Source: Blasia pusilla
Taxonomy: Eukaryota
Direction of reading: 5' to 3'
Assembly: GCA_050084515.1 (NCBI GenBank)
Contig: CM114271.1
Location: forward strand, 37,200,001-37,264,000
Length of the DNA: 64,000 nt
Shown in pieces: positions 13,925 through 28,309 of this stretch (the stretch's first letter is position 1; each line of letters starts with the position of its first letter). The position numbers and the translations under genes were made by a program. The notes beneath the pieces are model-generated. The model saw only the letters and a list, made by a program, of their open reading frames with translations, had not been told where the DNA came from and ran no database searches.

Positions 13925-14481
13925 AATAAACAAGTCTAGACGCATCTATAGACGTAGATTGCAAAATGTGGGGCCCATACTTATTGCTCATGGTAGAAGA
14001 TAGGGCAAGGCGGACTGGGCAATAAGAGAGGAGCAAGTGGAGACGGGGGAAGGAGGAAACGAGAAGGTGCGAACACGTTGGCAAGAGGGGAGAATGAGAA
14101 AGAGGGGGAAGGTGGGGCCCATATGTACAAGTCCTTCCATAAGTTGGATACGGACTTTGTCCACATGCATCCTTGCCTAAGATAAACATGGATTGACAAG
14201 TTTGGACTTTTTTGCGGACGTGGATTGCAAGAGGTGGGTTGGGTAATTTATTACTTTATTACTCATGGTGGGAGGTAGGCGGGGGGTCGAAGGGGTAGCA
14301 AGGGGGAGGGAGTGGAGGTGGGGGGAGCAAGGAAGAGTGAAGCACAAACTGTAGAGGCAAGTGGAGGGAAGAAGAAAAGGAGGAGGTGGGGCCCACATGG
14401 ATAAGTCCTTCCGTAGAACGGACATAACTCCACCCACATGGACATATCCGCGGACACGAACTCTGTCCAAATGCAACCTTG
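13925..14481 (-). mobile_element. Two tandem hAT-type MITE copies
   Basis: Two purine-rich units (~13925-14175 and ~14180-14481), each ending TGCA(A/T)CCTTG on the + strand. Both are reverse complements of the 57094 MITE. Confidence 0.7.
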
Positions 14482-16235
14482 GCCTCACTCGTCCCAATAT
14501 TTAGGAAACAATTAATTTTAGAATAGAACCCTTTCCTAGACTAATAAGGGGCTCAAATTGGCCAAATGAGCGACTCATTTTTTTGTGATTGGTATATTAC
14601 AAGGCCATTTAAATGAATGGGGCTTATATCTCTTCTCCCATCTCTAAGTTTTAGGGCTCGCCCAACTCTATATAGTTGGGTGGAGATGCTCTAATAGAGG
14701 TAGATGTACTTAGTAATGGAATGTTGTCCTAAAGTGTATAGGATTGCCAAAGCTTATCTTTATTAAATCACACCCCCACACTTTTAGGTGCCCCTAGGTT
14801 AGTATACAAAAGATTTTCTTCATTTCCCATTAAATGTTTTTTTTTCAATAAAAAAAAACCGCACATATCTTAACGAAAATATAACTATAAACTAAAACGA
14901 TGTTTGTATTTCCCCGAAAAATATGGGGTTGTTTTAGTAGCAAAATAAGTAGATAAAATATTCTATTAACGAAACCTTTCCCCACCTATAGACTTTGGAG
15001 ACGGTCCATGAGAGAGGAGTTTAGCGGCTTTAGCCACAGGAGGGGTATCTTTGCTGTTAGGCGTGAGAATTGTACGGTGGATGAGAATGTTTGTCTGATC
15101 CTTTGGGGGGTTTGGGTTGGGGGGTTGTATTACGGACAATAATGGTTTCTTAAGATTTCACTCATTACTTGCAGACTTCGAGACGGGGACAGGCATCTAA
15201 TAATTGAAAACGTTCATATCCAGTAGCAAGACGACAGGTAAGCACAATGTACGAGTCGCAGTTTTGGATACAACCTCCACCGAACTTTCGAAATAGTCCA
15301 ATTATCCTTAGTTACCCTCTTAAAATAGTTAATACCCAACTATACCGCAGGGTCCGGGTGGTATACCGTTTTCACACACAAATAATTGTAAACTATGTGC
15401 AGTTTTTAGGAGGGAACGTATGTTAAGGCATAAACGGGTGCCATGCACAATCTCAGTTTAATAAGTCATGTTTTATTTTCCTTACCAATATATTAGTTAA
15501 TGTAATATATTTACAAATCAAAAAATTATTCTCTCATGATAATATAAATGTTACTCAAAAATAATATCCTCAAAACAATGACTTGAAAAAATGTCAATGA
15601 TATTTTAAAAAAGTATATTTAAAATTTAAAATTTAAAAATAATTTCTACTTTTTAAATCTTAAAAGAGTAGGAAAATCACCTCTAGATAATATACATCTC
15701 CCCTAAATTATAATTCCCTAAAAGTTCCAAAAGTAAATCTCCTTCCACTTCCATTTTTTAATATTATTAATCATCCATTATAATATTAAATAAAGTATTA
15801 ATTATATAATAGAATAATTTTCTACTTCATTCAAATCCATATGGGTTTTGTGTATACATGGTCTACTTCTACACATCTAATGTGGTTCAAATAATAAAAT
15901 TTCCTATTATTTGAATGCCCCTTCCTCTAGCTCTACCCCTAAAGACCTCTTACTTGAATGCCCCCTCCCCTACCCGTAAAGCACATTTATTTGAATGCCC
16001 CCTCCTCCTCGTCACGTGTTGAAATTTCCTGTGCCATTGAAGAACCACTCCTCTGTTAATAGATAGATATGGTCTTACTTAAAGACATCTGAAATATTTT
16101 TGAGGACAATCTAATGACATGTATCATTAGAATAGGTGAGAAAATTCATTCTCTAATTAATGTAGAAATTTTTTGACAATTTTTTATTAGTTGAAATCTC
16201 ATCTAATTTAGAAAGGTTTCATGTATAGAAATCAA

Positions 16236-16585
16236 TATATATTATTATGGGAAAATGATTTCTTGATTGTAAATATCTTATTGATTTGTGAATGACGCGT
16301 GACGATTGGACAGCAAGATCACATGCTACGGGGTGCAAAAAAATTTTTGAATTTTGTTGAAACATCATTAATCTCTCCCTGTCACGGATGACACATTAAC
16401 ATTTCAAACATTTTTTTATTTCTTGTGCATCGTACGGTCACCTCACTATATTATTATGGGAGAGTGGCTTATTGATTTGCAAACAATTTGTTTGACATGT
16501 GACAATTGGACGACAAAAAAATATTTCATATTGTAGAACCGCAAGAAAAACTTTTAAGTCAAACATCATGAATTTTTCCCCTTCA
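16236..16585 (+). mobile_element. Two head-to-tail mini-Helitron copies
   Basis: TATATTATTATGGGA at ~16238, hairpin remnant gtgcatcgtacgg at ~16425, then directly a second TATATTATTATGGGAGAGTG start at ~16447. Confidence 0.7.
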
Positions 16586-18716
16586 CGAATTATATTTCTC
16601 GTATATTGAACGGGCACACATAAAATCTACCCTACACACATAAAATCTGTTTCGTAATGCTATCGCTCGACACCCGTGGAGTCGTGGCAAACTGTTCAAT
16701 GCCTTTGCTCTTGTTGTATCCGGGAAGTTACGAAATCTCTTATAGTCTTCCTTGGAGATGTCGGTCGAGTTACGCTCGAAGTTGCTCGTTAAAGTGAGGT
16801 CCCAAAAAAAAGCACCATAACTCCTACGTAGAACAAATTTCCCAAGATAGATCAATCAATGAGAACGAACTCAAAATAACAAAATTGTTATGTATATACT
16901 ACTCGGAGGATACGTGTTTTCCTATATTTAATCTGACTGTAACACGTGGAACATACGATTTGAGAGTTTTTCTCCCGTTCAAAAGACGCACACTTGAACG
17001 CATGGGGCTCAGGAAAGGCTACGCAAGATTTGATTAGTCCTGTCAGGACGGCGCAAGTATACGCGAGAGTCATTGTTCACGGTATTCGCGCACCGAGCGC
17101 AAGTTGTGCTTAATGAGCGCGCTTTGAGCAAAGTTAGACACCGCACCTTTTTCACTCAACTTCGGTGCTTGTCCAGGCATCTTTGATTCATTCATTCAAT
17201 TATGCCGTACTTATCCTGTGCCGGGTCGGCATTGGTGACACTGGGCACTTGCTAAGTTCTGTCATGTCAGGGTTTATCACTCCGGCGATTTTCCGCGGGC
17301 GAACCCTCTTCTCGCAGAGTTCGAGGTCATTTGCAGTTTAGTCGTGCGGTGCACAGCGGTGACAGCACTAGGAAGTTTCTGCGGACGAGTGCGTTTCCTT
17401 AATCCTCGGATGAATTATTTCCTTAATGAGGTTGTTGTTGAACAATCAACTCAGTCGTCCCCCGTTCCAACGTGAGGGCCTCCAAAGATTTCCAATATTG
17501 CAAAACACGATCCTCCTCCAGAGCTCCAACTCGCTGGATGGGGTGCCCTTCCTCATCTTGATTGACCGGAGTCTGGTCGGAGCGTCACCATATAAGTCAC
17601 ATCGAAGTCCGATGCAATAGATTCTTTTTAGGAGATTTCGTTCGGACAACACGAGAATGGTGCCCTTTTTTTCGGTTTAGCATGAAGATGTTGCTCGTAT
17701 GTGCCCATTCTCCCGTGCTCTTCTTCCATGCACTTTCATTTCAGTTGAACCACTACGCTAACTGAGGCATTTTTCATGAGAACCCCCTTCAACTTCAATG
17801 CAACCCGTGATGAATCACGTGCAACATTTGCTTAGGGTGGCTTCCAAGTACTTTCAGGAATAGGGGGTGAAATTTGGTGAAATTCGAAAAATTAGGTGCA
17901 AATTATTATTTTTTGTGTTGGGGGGAACAAAGTCAAGACTTTGTTACTAACGTTTGGAAATTAGAAAGTTGGTGGTTGAGTGATTCACAAAAGCATCACT
18001 CAACCACCCGTGAAACGTCGAAAGTATCCATGCTAACCTAAGTGGTTGGTGATATGCAAAACATGTTCTCCCTCCTACTGGTCAAGTTGGGTGGATGTGA
18101 AAATAATTTCCTCACACAAAGCGCAAAACTCGTATAGTTGTGGTTATTGTGAACCCCCATCGGAAAGCACAACGTCGTGGAACCATCCCAACCCGACAGG
18201 GCGTGCCGGATAGCGCAGGCATCATCTTCAATGGCGGAAAGCATTTACACGAGGTCGTGAAGGCATGTGCACCCACTCCGGACGGGCGGGAATTCTCACA
18301 TTTGAATAACAAGCAAGACCTGCCCACACACACGATGATGCAAAAGGATTATTTCGACGTTTTACCGGTGCCTTAAACTGATCCTGCCTCCACACACGAA
18401 GAACGGACGTCGCGATGGAGGACTTCGATGAGACCAAAAAATAAAATTCCAAGAAAATATAAACTTCAATAATGGAAGGTCCCTTCTTTCTTTTGAGGGC
18501 CAAAACCGGCCCTCAAAAGAAAGAAGGGACCTTCCCCCCCCTAATTGGGAGGAACTCAATGTCTTGACGATCCCTCTAAGTAGTGGTGGCCTCAACTATA
18601 GGGACAATGGCACTTTGCAAATACTTGGGCCTGAAAGCCACTCCATCACGTGGATGGAACAACAATTTGGCTAATAGGAATTTGGATACTTAACGAATGT
18701 AGGAGGTTCATACCCA

Positions 18717-19285
18717 TCTATATATTATTATATTATTGGAGAGTGCCTTTATAGAATGTGACACCTATCTTTTTTGGCCTTTAGTTAGTCACTTGACACA
18801 GATGGTATTCTCCCTCTCCATTTTGAAATGCATCCCCCTTATTCAAGAGTTATTTTCTGATATAAGAGAGCGGATATAGTTTGGATGCCTTTCACCTATG
18901 CTGCGCATGGTGGAAAGCTAGTATGCAGATATGGCTAAGGTATGATATCGGTGTCTCATGTGAAGTCTGTCACATATTCATGTGAAGTAATATTCTTTCC
19001 GATATCATACCTTAACCAAATGAGATCTATACATTTTGCGTTTTTTCTGCTTCTAACAATAATAAGGATGAAAGAAGAAGAAGCAGAAATGAAAGGATGA
19101 TGATTTTGCAAAATGAAGAAGCATGAAACAATCATCATCCTTTTATTTCTGACATTTTTGGTCCATAAAATCTTTTCTATATCGATCAATAGAATTCTTA
19201 AAAATTAATTAAAAATAATACTTCAAATTTTGAAAATTAGTTAAGGAAGGTAATTTCAACTTTGCGTCGCATCCGCTTACACTAG
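18717..19285 (+). mobile_element. Related non-autonomous Helitron with a different interior
   Basis: 5' TCTATATATTATTATATATTATTGGAGAGTG. The 3' end has a weak GC hairpin (gcgtcgcatccgc) and CTAG|T at 19282-19286. Confidence 0.45.
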
Positions 19286-20446
19286 TCATCCTTCTTGCAA
19301 ACTGGAGATGGCAATCGCAAGAAAAAGGAGAGGGAGGAATTTTCATCGTGGATGGAAGACATTCTCATCCCTTTTGGATGAAATAATACAAGATTTACCA
19401 CCCCCTATGCGTCATTTCAAAATGCGCTTGTTTTCCCCCTTTATATCTTAACTTTATCTTTTGAGTTCTTCTGTGTCATAAATAAAATTTTATACTAAAC
19501 CCATGAAATTGTGTTTCCAATTTAAATGATCATCCACCATGTGCTTTAAGATTTTCTCAATTTTGCAAAGTAAATGATTTTCTACGTACATGGTGATAGG
19601 CCCCCTAATGGGGCAACTCAAACCTTACTTCTAAGGATATTTGATTCCTAAAAAACTTTGGAAAGCTCAAAATCTACCCAAGCAGCATGATGAGGACCCA
19701 AGTATGATGCTTGTTGCAACTGTATTATCCTTAAAATATTTAAGGATCGCGTAGTTCCCACAACACTTAGGATGTCTCTATGTGAAACTCACCCATTTCT
19801 CTACTTCATCCATCTTCTTGCCCTCTAATTTATCCAAATTAAATGATTGTCTATAAACATGTGATAGGTATATAAGAAGGCTATTTGAACCTCCCCTTTT
19901 GAGGAAAAAGGAAACTTATGGTTGAAAGAATTTCAATCCATGCAAACCACACCAAGGTTGATGCTCGGCCAAAATATTTGGGATTATTTTTAAAAAATCC
20001 CCAAAAAATTGAAATGTACCTCTATGTGCCAAAATACCCATAAAAAGAAAAAGAACCCAGATCATGTAGGTTTTGCAATGCTTGGGATTCTCTAAGTAAT
20101 CCCTGACCCTAAATAACCATTGGGCCAATAGGGTTTTTTATATTTGAATTTTTTAGTCCTAAGGTTGCAGGCGGACAATTAGGTGTCCGTAGATTTGGTC
20201 AAGTTCTTAGTACAAGAGGGCTAGTCTGTTCCAATAACTAAAATCCATTGTAAGGACGGAAAAGTCTATCATGATGGGGAGGAAAGATTGGGATAATGTC
20301 CGTTCATATACGTTTGATGGAGGGGCTTATCCATTTTTGTGCAATATTTCTTTTCCATTTGTTTGAAATATTTTTTTTTCCAAGAAAGACTTGATTGTCC
20401 GTATAAATAATGACAAGTTTATGATAGGGGCACTCAAAATCTGAGC

Positions 20447-20743
20447 TAAGGTTGATTGTGGAAAAAGTATGTGTCTACAGACATATCTATGTCCTTGGAC
20501 TTATATCCGTCTTATGGAGGGACTTATGGGCCCCACCTTCACCTTCTTTCTCATTTCCCCACTTATCTTTGTGTTCCATACTCTCTTGTGTTTTCCTTCC
20601 TCCACAGTTATTGCCCCACTCGCCCTTACCATACGTTCCATCATGAACTATAAGTGTGGGTTCCACTTTTTGCAATCCATGTACGTGGACATTCCAGACT
20701 TGTTCATCCTAGAGAGGGACCAATCCTTTTTTGTGCAACCATG
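20447..20743 (+). mobile_element. hAT-type MITE copy
   Basis: Same interior as 57094-57421; ends TTTTTGTGCAACCATG. Confidence 0.7.
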
Positions 20744-22444
20744 CAAATCTCCCCTTATGGCAAAATACAAAACTTGTGGTTTAAAGACTTACCGTCTAAA
20801 CAAACCATCCTAAAGTTAGATTCTCACCAAATATTTAAGATTTCTTTTCGAATCTTTTTAAACAGGGACCAAAGATGATACTTTGAAAATCGAAAAGTTC
20901 TTAGAGCTTGTCATTTTATCAGGTTGTCTAAGGACGCTTAGGACAATGGCTAACTCATTGCATCCTGAGACAACCCTATTGCCCTAGTTAAAAGATTTGT
21001 ACTTATTGCCCTCCTCCCCATGAGGAGGCTAATGGCTACAACTTCTCTTCATAAACTTTTCAGAGGAAATAACATCTCTTGTGTTTTCCCACTTTGGAGA
21101 TCTTGAGGATTCTTCGTGCTCCAAGAGGTTGAGTGAATAATTCTGGAAAAGAAAGGAATATATGGTTGAATTGGTCAAATTCCGCATTAGCAGTTTCCTT
21201 AATGGGAAATATTGCATTTCTGCAAGATATCTCTAGGGTAGATATATTTTCTAGTCTATAATCCTTTGATGGTCATGCAAAATATGAGACAAATTCATGG
21301 AAATTTCCAAGAATGTTAAGAAGCTTTCAAAAAAAGAAGAAGCTAATGGTAAATTTGTTTAGTTGGGGAAGTTGTTATCCCCAATTGATTGAAGGAAATA
21401 CGTTATCCCCATGAGTAGGCCGATGGGACCCATTTTTTAACCCAATCACTTTGAATTTATGTTTTCACCAAACCATAGAGTATAAATAATGGTTCCTTAT
21501 GCAAAACAAGAGACTTATATTTCATTCCCACAACCATTGCAAGGATAACTTGGAAACCTATGAGTGAGAATACTAGTAAAGTTTTTGGAATGTATTGAAT
21601 AACTACAACATGTAAACAAAATAGCATATTCTATTTTTGAAGAAATAAAGCTCAAAACTCAAGCAATCACGCAATAACTCGGAAATTAAGGTATTCAAGT
21701 ATGAATATTTTATATCTATAAATAAATAAATAATATTTGTGTCATGCTTAAATCACTTGAAGCAAGAAATGGTTGGTTGATGTAAGGATTACACATTCAC
21801 TTGGAACTCTTACTATTTCAACCATTCTAATTCTCCTTTTCCCTTTCTAGGATGATGTCCTACAACAACACCAATATTAATCCAAACTTTTTTGCATGCT
21901 TCCATGGTTTATCTCATATATTCATCTTTAACTATCGCAACTTCTCTAAATTCCACAGTTAATACCAAAAGAGCAAAGAATTTGTTATAATGGTGTATCA
22001 AAATTTCTAATGGAAAATTGTAGTCCAACTTTTTCCATATGATTTCTTTGAAATCTTTAATTACTAAAACCTTGTGGGTTGTAGGGATTTATGTCATCTA
22101 TCAAAATTAAATGAAAATGGCTCCCATCTTAAAAAACAAGAACATCAAATCAGGTAATCTCCACTCAATGCTTAAGATCAAAGATTTCAACCCTTTTCTT
22201 CACACTTTTTTTTGGAATAATAGAGACATATTTTATCAGGGAGATCTTCTTGCAAAGATATTAAAATTTTCATGGAAACCACTTAGAACCTCCTGAATCT
22301 AGATAGAACCTTTGTATATCAAAAGGGACTCTCATGTTTTACAAGGTATTATGGTACGGATGAATTATTCATCCTTACCACCCCTCAAACTTCCGTAGAG
22401 AACATCACTAGTTTCCAAAACCATATTTTGAAGAGGATAATTTT

Positions 22445-23030
22445 CAAGGTTGCAAAAAAACAAAGTCCTATGATGGACATGTCTATGTGGGCATGGGTTC
22501 CTACGGCCTAGTCCCACGCCTTCCGTGCCCACAATGTGGATGCAAGCTCAGCCACCCTGAATCAAATCCAACAACCTATCGCCCATTCCTAATACCTATT
22601 CTATAGTCCGCACCAGCGTGTAGAAGTAGGACACCAAACCTGATGTGGACGAGTGTCTTTTTGCAATCTTGCCTAGGATGGATATGTTTGTGTAGGGCTT
22701 GGCTCTTGCCCTACCGGCAACGTTGACTCAGGGTTGGCCAGCTTGCCATCTATTTTGAAGCACGCACCAAGCATGTGTCGAGCCAACAAAGGCCTAGATC
22801 AAGCATGCATGTGGTCCCACCAAGCCCGCCCGGCCCACGACTTGCCCACTGCATGCGCTAGCTTAGAGGCCACACACCCATTAAATGCCTCCCACTCCGA
22901 TTAATGTGATCATACACACTTCCCTCGTAAAGAGCCCACATGGGCAATTGGGGTAGCAAAAGAACCCAGACTTTGGGCATATTAGGCATGTCTATTTCTT
23001 GAAAGAACAAGGTTGTTTTTTGCAACCTTG
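22445..23030. mobile_element. Non-autonomous hAT-type element (586 bp)
   Basis: TIRs CAAGGTTGCAAAAAA / TTTTTTGCAACCTTG. Flanking 8-mers ATAATTTT and ATTATTTT match at 7/8, consistent with a hAT TSD. Confidence 0.8.
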
Positions 23031-26000
23031 ATTATTTTCACTTAAGGAAGAAACCTTCTTAGGTTTAAATAGACTCAAATAGTTAAAAAACATTCCTTAG
23101 TGTCTTAACCATCAAAATAGATGTTTGTATACTACTTTAGATTATTTGAAGAAATTTTCATTTCAAATGTATATATTATCCTTATGTTTTGTTGTATCTA
23201 AAATTCGTCTTCATGATGCTATTCTTCTAGTCCCTTGATTATTTATTGGATCTTATCAAAACATTTTATCCACTCGTTGTGTCATTTTATTCAAATGATA
23301 TAGGAAGTCCTCTCCCTCTAATTCCTTGTGTAAGGTATCACATTTATCTAAGGTCAAATGAGGATCCATTTCCAATTGATTTGGTGTGCGCGCTAGTATC
23401 CCTCGTCGAGCCCGCACGACGCACACCCGTTCCCGCGTATGTGACGGGGGTACCAAAATAATCTGGGTTAGGGACCATCTGTCCCATCGACAGAGAAGTC
23501 CATTTCTATGTGCAACGTTGGATGGACTATAGGAATGTGTCATGAATCAAAATTGGATAGAGGTACCTCAGTAGGACCAATTTCGGATCACATCTTAAGA
23601 TTCCTTACCCAAAATTTATAATTCAAATATACTATTTAACCTATGCCCTATAAATTTTACATGAAAAAAATTCCTTACAAATTTGTTTGGTTTTTAGACA
23701 CACATGCAAGTTTTGGTACAAATGCACATTCACGCCCCTTAGAAGAGCGTATTTGACTTAACATGATTTCTGCTAGCGAGAGGTCATAATCGTGACTCAT
23801 AACTTATAGAAGTAATTTATTGCTTATGCAATGCATTATGTGAAATTGATGGAAATGAAAAGAACTAATGAAGAAATGGGTTCATTAACTTATGGTGGAA
23901 TATTTCAAAAGATGCAAATTTGAATTGAATACGTTTTTGTTTGAGACTTTTGGCAAGCCGAACACATGAAGAATTATAATTTGAAGCCATTGGACACATA
24001 TTTAATTTGTAGAGTCTAAGAAAAAAAATATTGACAAAACATAGAAAAGATAAATTTTGTAAAATTAATAATGAAATTCATGATCCTTTGTTAGTTTTGA
24101 AAACATAAGTTATCTTTTCTTTTCCAACCCCGATCTCTCAAATAAGAAAAGAAACCATGTCCCATCATTTTGAAAGTATAATTCAAATAAATATTAGTTT
24201 CTATTTTAGCCTTCTCCTCCAAAATTAATTTGAACCAAACTTGATAATTCAAAATCTAAACGTATTTTATCCTTTGGAAATTTATGAGGTTTGAAGAAGG
24301 AATTAATCTCTAGAGAGTTCTTTTACCCACATTGTCGATATTTCATAATCGAGATGAGTAATACTGGATTTTAAACCAGTTTTGAGAAACCCTATAAAAG
24401 AAAAACCCATTTTGTGCCAAAATGTTTTCCCATTTTTAATGAAACGGAAATTGTTGTTTTTAATCCCATCAATATTGGCGTGAGAGTTAGGAACATTATA
24501 CGAGTATACTGATTATCTAGGGGAGGAGACAAATACGTGTAAAAAATAAGTTTTTGTAATGAACTTGAAATAAAATTGAAGAGAAATTCAAATCGCTTTA
24601 CATGCCCCTCAAGTGAGCGTTCAGATTGACTTCTAAAAAAGGGCAAGCACAGTTAATACATTGATTAGCTTTGGGGTACTTTTTGATTAATTAAAGTTTA
24701 CATAACATGAAAAACAATTCTGGTCTAGAACGGACTCTCTTAATTCGAAAGTACAAAGCTACCTACAGTAGTGCCGGCACTACAGTAGGTAACTAGTTAC
24801 AGGCACTATAACAGTTCACATAAGCCAAAATTTGTAAGCATGAGAAACTTCTCAAAGAAACGGAGTTTCTTCATGTCAAACTGGTTCCTGCTGCAGGAAC
24901 CACTCTACGATCCTTAGGGTTGCCCTAAGTATAGATACAACTTCCCGAGGAAAGCGGGATGCCCAAACCCAGAACCTTGGAACCTGGCGTCAGACAGGCT
25001 AAGTCGGGCGTAGACAGGTCTGCAGGATTCCCGTAGAGTTGAAGTACGCGTCCGCTTTGCTGTTAGGAGTATGTTGGTATGTCCTGTGCGTCAGGTGCAA
25101 ATCCAGCTGCAGTAGTCGCTTACCGAGAGAGAGTTCCCTCATTCTTTCCTTAAATACCTACGATGTCGAAATCGAAGGGTCGGGAATTACATTAACAAGG
25201 CCGTCCGTCATCTAAGGGTCGCAAACTACGTAGGCGTCCTCGCCCTTCCTTCTCTGACGCCATTTTTCAGTGCAGCAGGCGCACCCGTGACTTGTTTGGG
25301 GAGCTTCCCTCTCGCGGTAATTCCATGTCACAGATCCGAATCTCGAAAATCGGGTCCGATAATCCTCTCGCGTTAGTTGCGCCGACATGCTAACAAATGA
25401 CTCGCTGCTGTTCTCGTTCCCGCAGTCCCACGGATCTTCGGGACTGGACGCGACACGCCGCTGTCATTTACACGGACGGACTCCGACGGAGGTTCCTCTC
25501 GCGATTCTTGGTCATTCGGGGATAGTAACGATTCGCTCCTGTTCCTTACCCCGCAACTCTTGAAGCTTGGGTGCGGTATAGTGAAGTGATGCAAGCACAC
25601 TACAGGTCTCGTGATAATTATGATACGGAGAAGAAAAATGTAGCCTGAGATTACTTGTGTTGACGCGGAGGTGTTTCCAACGTCAGCTCTTGTCGGGGTC
25701 AAGGCGAGATGATTGCGGACTACATAGGTTGTTTATGAACACCCTTTCCATGCTCCGATTGATTGCCACATGTCGTGACGGCCGAAAGTTTCACTTTCCC
25801 AGACGATCAGAGCGTTGCATAGGAGGGGCGCGTGCAGTTGTTTACAACTGTCACCTCGAGACTCCGACAGTCCTCGAGGTTCAGTCCTCGTTGATACATT
25901 AATACCTCTCGCACTGCTTGCCAAATTCCTGATTTTCAAAAGGGGCCGGTGGAAACACCGCATTAATTAGGTCTGTACTTGAAGATGAGGTCTTGCACGC

Positions 26001-26483
26001 CTACCATAAATTTCTCATCGCGCGGGCGGGCCATCACCGATTTTTAGTTAAATCTCAGTCGGGAGTGTTCGATGACGAGATTGGAGCGTGCGTACTCGCC
26101 ACCGTGCAGCACTCCGCACAGTAATTGATTCAGCTGCCTGCCGAATTTTGATCGGGCCAGTTAAGCTCGTCATTTTCACCGCCAAGCACGCTTGAGTTCA
26201 GCAATTTGTTCATTATTGCGCACTAGGGTCAAGCGCATTTCCTTTCAAGACAACAATTTAAAGCGTGGAGTTAGATCACAAACACTCTGGACTCGACACG
26301 GAATACATTCTGAGCGTCCAAGTCCCTGAGCCAGTCTCAACTTGCGAAACTCTCTTTTGTTGTTTATTACGTTCGATCACAATTTGGTGACCTGATGAAT
26401 GAAAGGGTACTTTGGCACTTAAATCTTTAGATTGAGTACATGCTGTCTATGAGTACAGGTTTGACATCGATGTTGTGGGACCT

Positions 26484-28309
26484 TCAAAGAGCCATAAGTT
26501 GGCTCACATTGATGGGGGATATATCAGATGTAGGCCCGAATAAGATTCTGTTTGTGACTATGGAGTTGGCCTTATCGGTGGGATGGAAAGCATCCCAAAA
26601 GAGGTACTCGTCACGGTTCGAGCATACTTGGACCAGTTGCGAGCAGGGAAGGAGGCCGTTAAACCTCCCAACTCCACAGCACGCCGTATTGGACGTAGTG
26701 AAACCTGCGCGGGAGAAAGAAAGGGAGTTGTGAGACAGAGAGCTCCGAAACTTCCGACTTCGCGCGGAAAACAGTCAGTGATCGTAGGCGCTAAGGAAAC
26801 GTGAACAACCAAAAAAATCTGTACAAATCGTCTAACGTGGAAATTAAACAAGAGAGATCATCTATTGCAGATTACCATAATTGGCTTTATTCGCAATGAG
26901 ATCCGAAACTATGGCGAAAGAATTGGCCACCACGATCTTCACTCCTGGTAGTTCCTGGTTGAGGCTCTCCGTCATGGGCTGGAGCAATGAATTGAAACCG
27001 ATGGCCAGCTGATTCAAGCTGTCCACACACTCTCCATTCTGACTCGATTTTATAAGTTGGCTTGGAATGCAGCCGATGGGACCGATGTTGGAGATCGAGA
27101 TCTTCCTGGCGCCAAGTTTGTACAGATCCTGCGAGGCATGGCGAGCGAGATCAGCGGCAGCGACTCTCCACCCACACTGAACTTGAACGTCACTCATTCA
27201 CTGCGCTCGGAATCAGATGGAAGTTGAAGAGGGGTAAAATGCGACGACAATTTCGAGAGGTTGATCTAGGCTTGATATCGCATACTTACTTTAATCTGTT
27301 CGCGGAAGGTGTTCACCATCAGGACGGTGTAATCCCCCACACTGTATTGACTAGCTCGTGCGGATCCAGGGAGAAGGTAGTTGTTAATAAAATCGTTGCC
27401 TCCGATCGTGAAAGAGTGTACGGCTTTGGCGAATATCTCATTTGCAGCAGTTGCCCCCACGAGTGACGTGATTTGAACCTGAACTTTTTGGTAGGCAGCT
27501 ATCTGCTGAGGAATGGTCAAATGTTGAATCTGCACCAAAACAGGACATGCACACACGCGAATTATCGGACAAGGCTGAATACACGACGTTAGCCTTTGGC
27601 GCAAAGAACTTCGATTCACACACTATAGACACACGCACGCAATTGTCAAATGCGATACACATTCAGCCAATGGGCCCGATATCTCCGAGACGACTAAAAG
27701 ATCTTTTCCCAACAGAGAGAAAGTATTCTTAGAGAATTCTTCGTGGCATGTATCGGTGGACCTACAAATATTGCACCAGTGTCGTCCAAAATGCCAGAGC
27801 CGGCGGAAGCAAAGCTCGCGCCGCGGAGGAGATTATTTCCAGTTGCCGCAGGGTCGAGGTAGGCCAGAATTGGTTCCATTCCCATGTGTTCACCTGAGAA
27901 GGTACATAATCGCATCAAACAATAACGTGCAACAACTCGAGTATATGATAGGCAAGAAAATATTGACGAACGCTCCAACTCAAACCTGCCATCTACAATA
28001 AAGAGTGTTTGCCACTGGACGAAAATGTCCGAAATCTGATTTGGGTGTGAACTCACTAATGAAGTCGGACACGATCCGACCATTGGAGAACCGTCCTGTG
28101 GGCTGGCCATTGGACAGCTTCAGGTCTAGTCCGTTAGGCTTGAAGTTCGCCTTAGCGATCGAGCTCAGATAATTGTTGTTTCCTTGGTCTACCAGAGAGT
28201 CTCCGAAAACGAATTGAACAGAACTTGGTGATTGGCAATGTCCCAAATTCACGAACGCGAAGAAGATAAGACCAACCAAGGCTGATCTTTGAAACGTCTC
28301 CATGGTCAT
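26484..28309 (-). CDS. GDSL esterase/lipase (plant GELP, SGNH hydrolase), 5 exons, 364 aa, probable signal peptide
   Basis: Exons (minus): 28309-28057, 27893-27766, 27529-27290, 27128-26876, 26704-26484. All introns are GT..AG with consistent phases; total 1095 nt. Motifs: block I FVFGDSLVDQGNNN, PTGRFSNGR, block II RGASFASAGSG, block III GGNDF, LYKLGARK, GPIGCIP, ACCG, block V LFWDAFHPT. Hydrophobic N-terminus (SALVGLIFFAFVNLGHC). An alternative ATG lies at 28303. Confidence 0.96.

Noticed and set aside
18060-18155. Ulp1-protease-like motif (AQNSYSCGY)
   Set aside because: Only loosely fits QxNxxDCG, and no upstream HW or DS motifs could be placed in frame.
21000-22400. Possible retroelement coding debris
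   Set aside because: Too degraded for any motif to be assigned with confidence.
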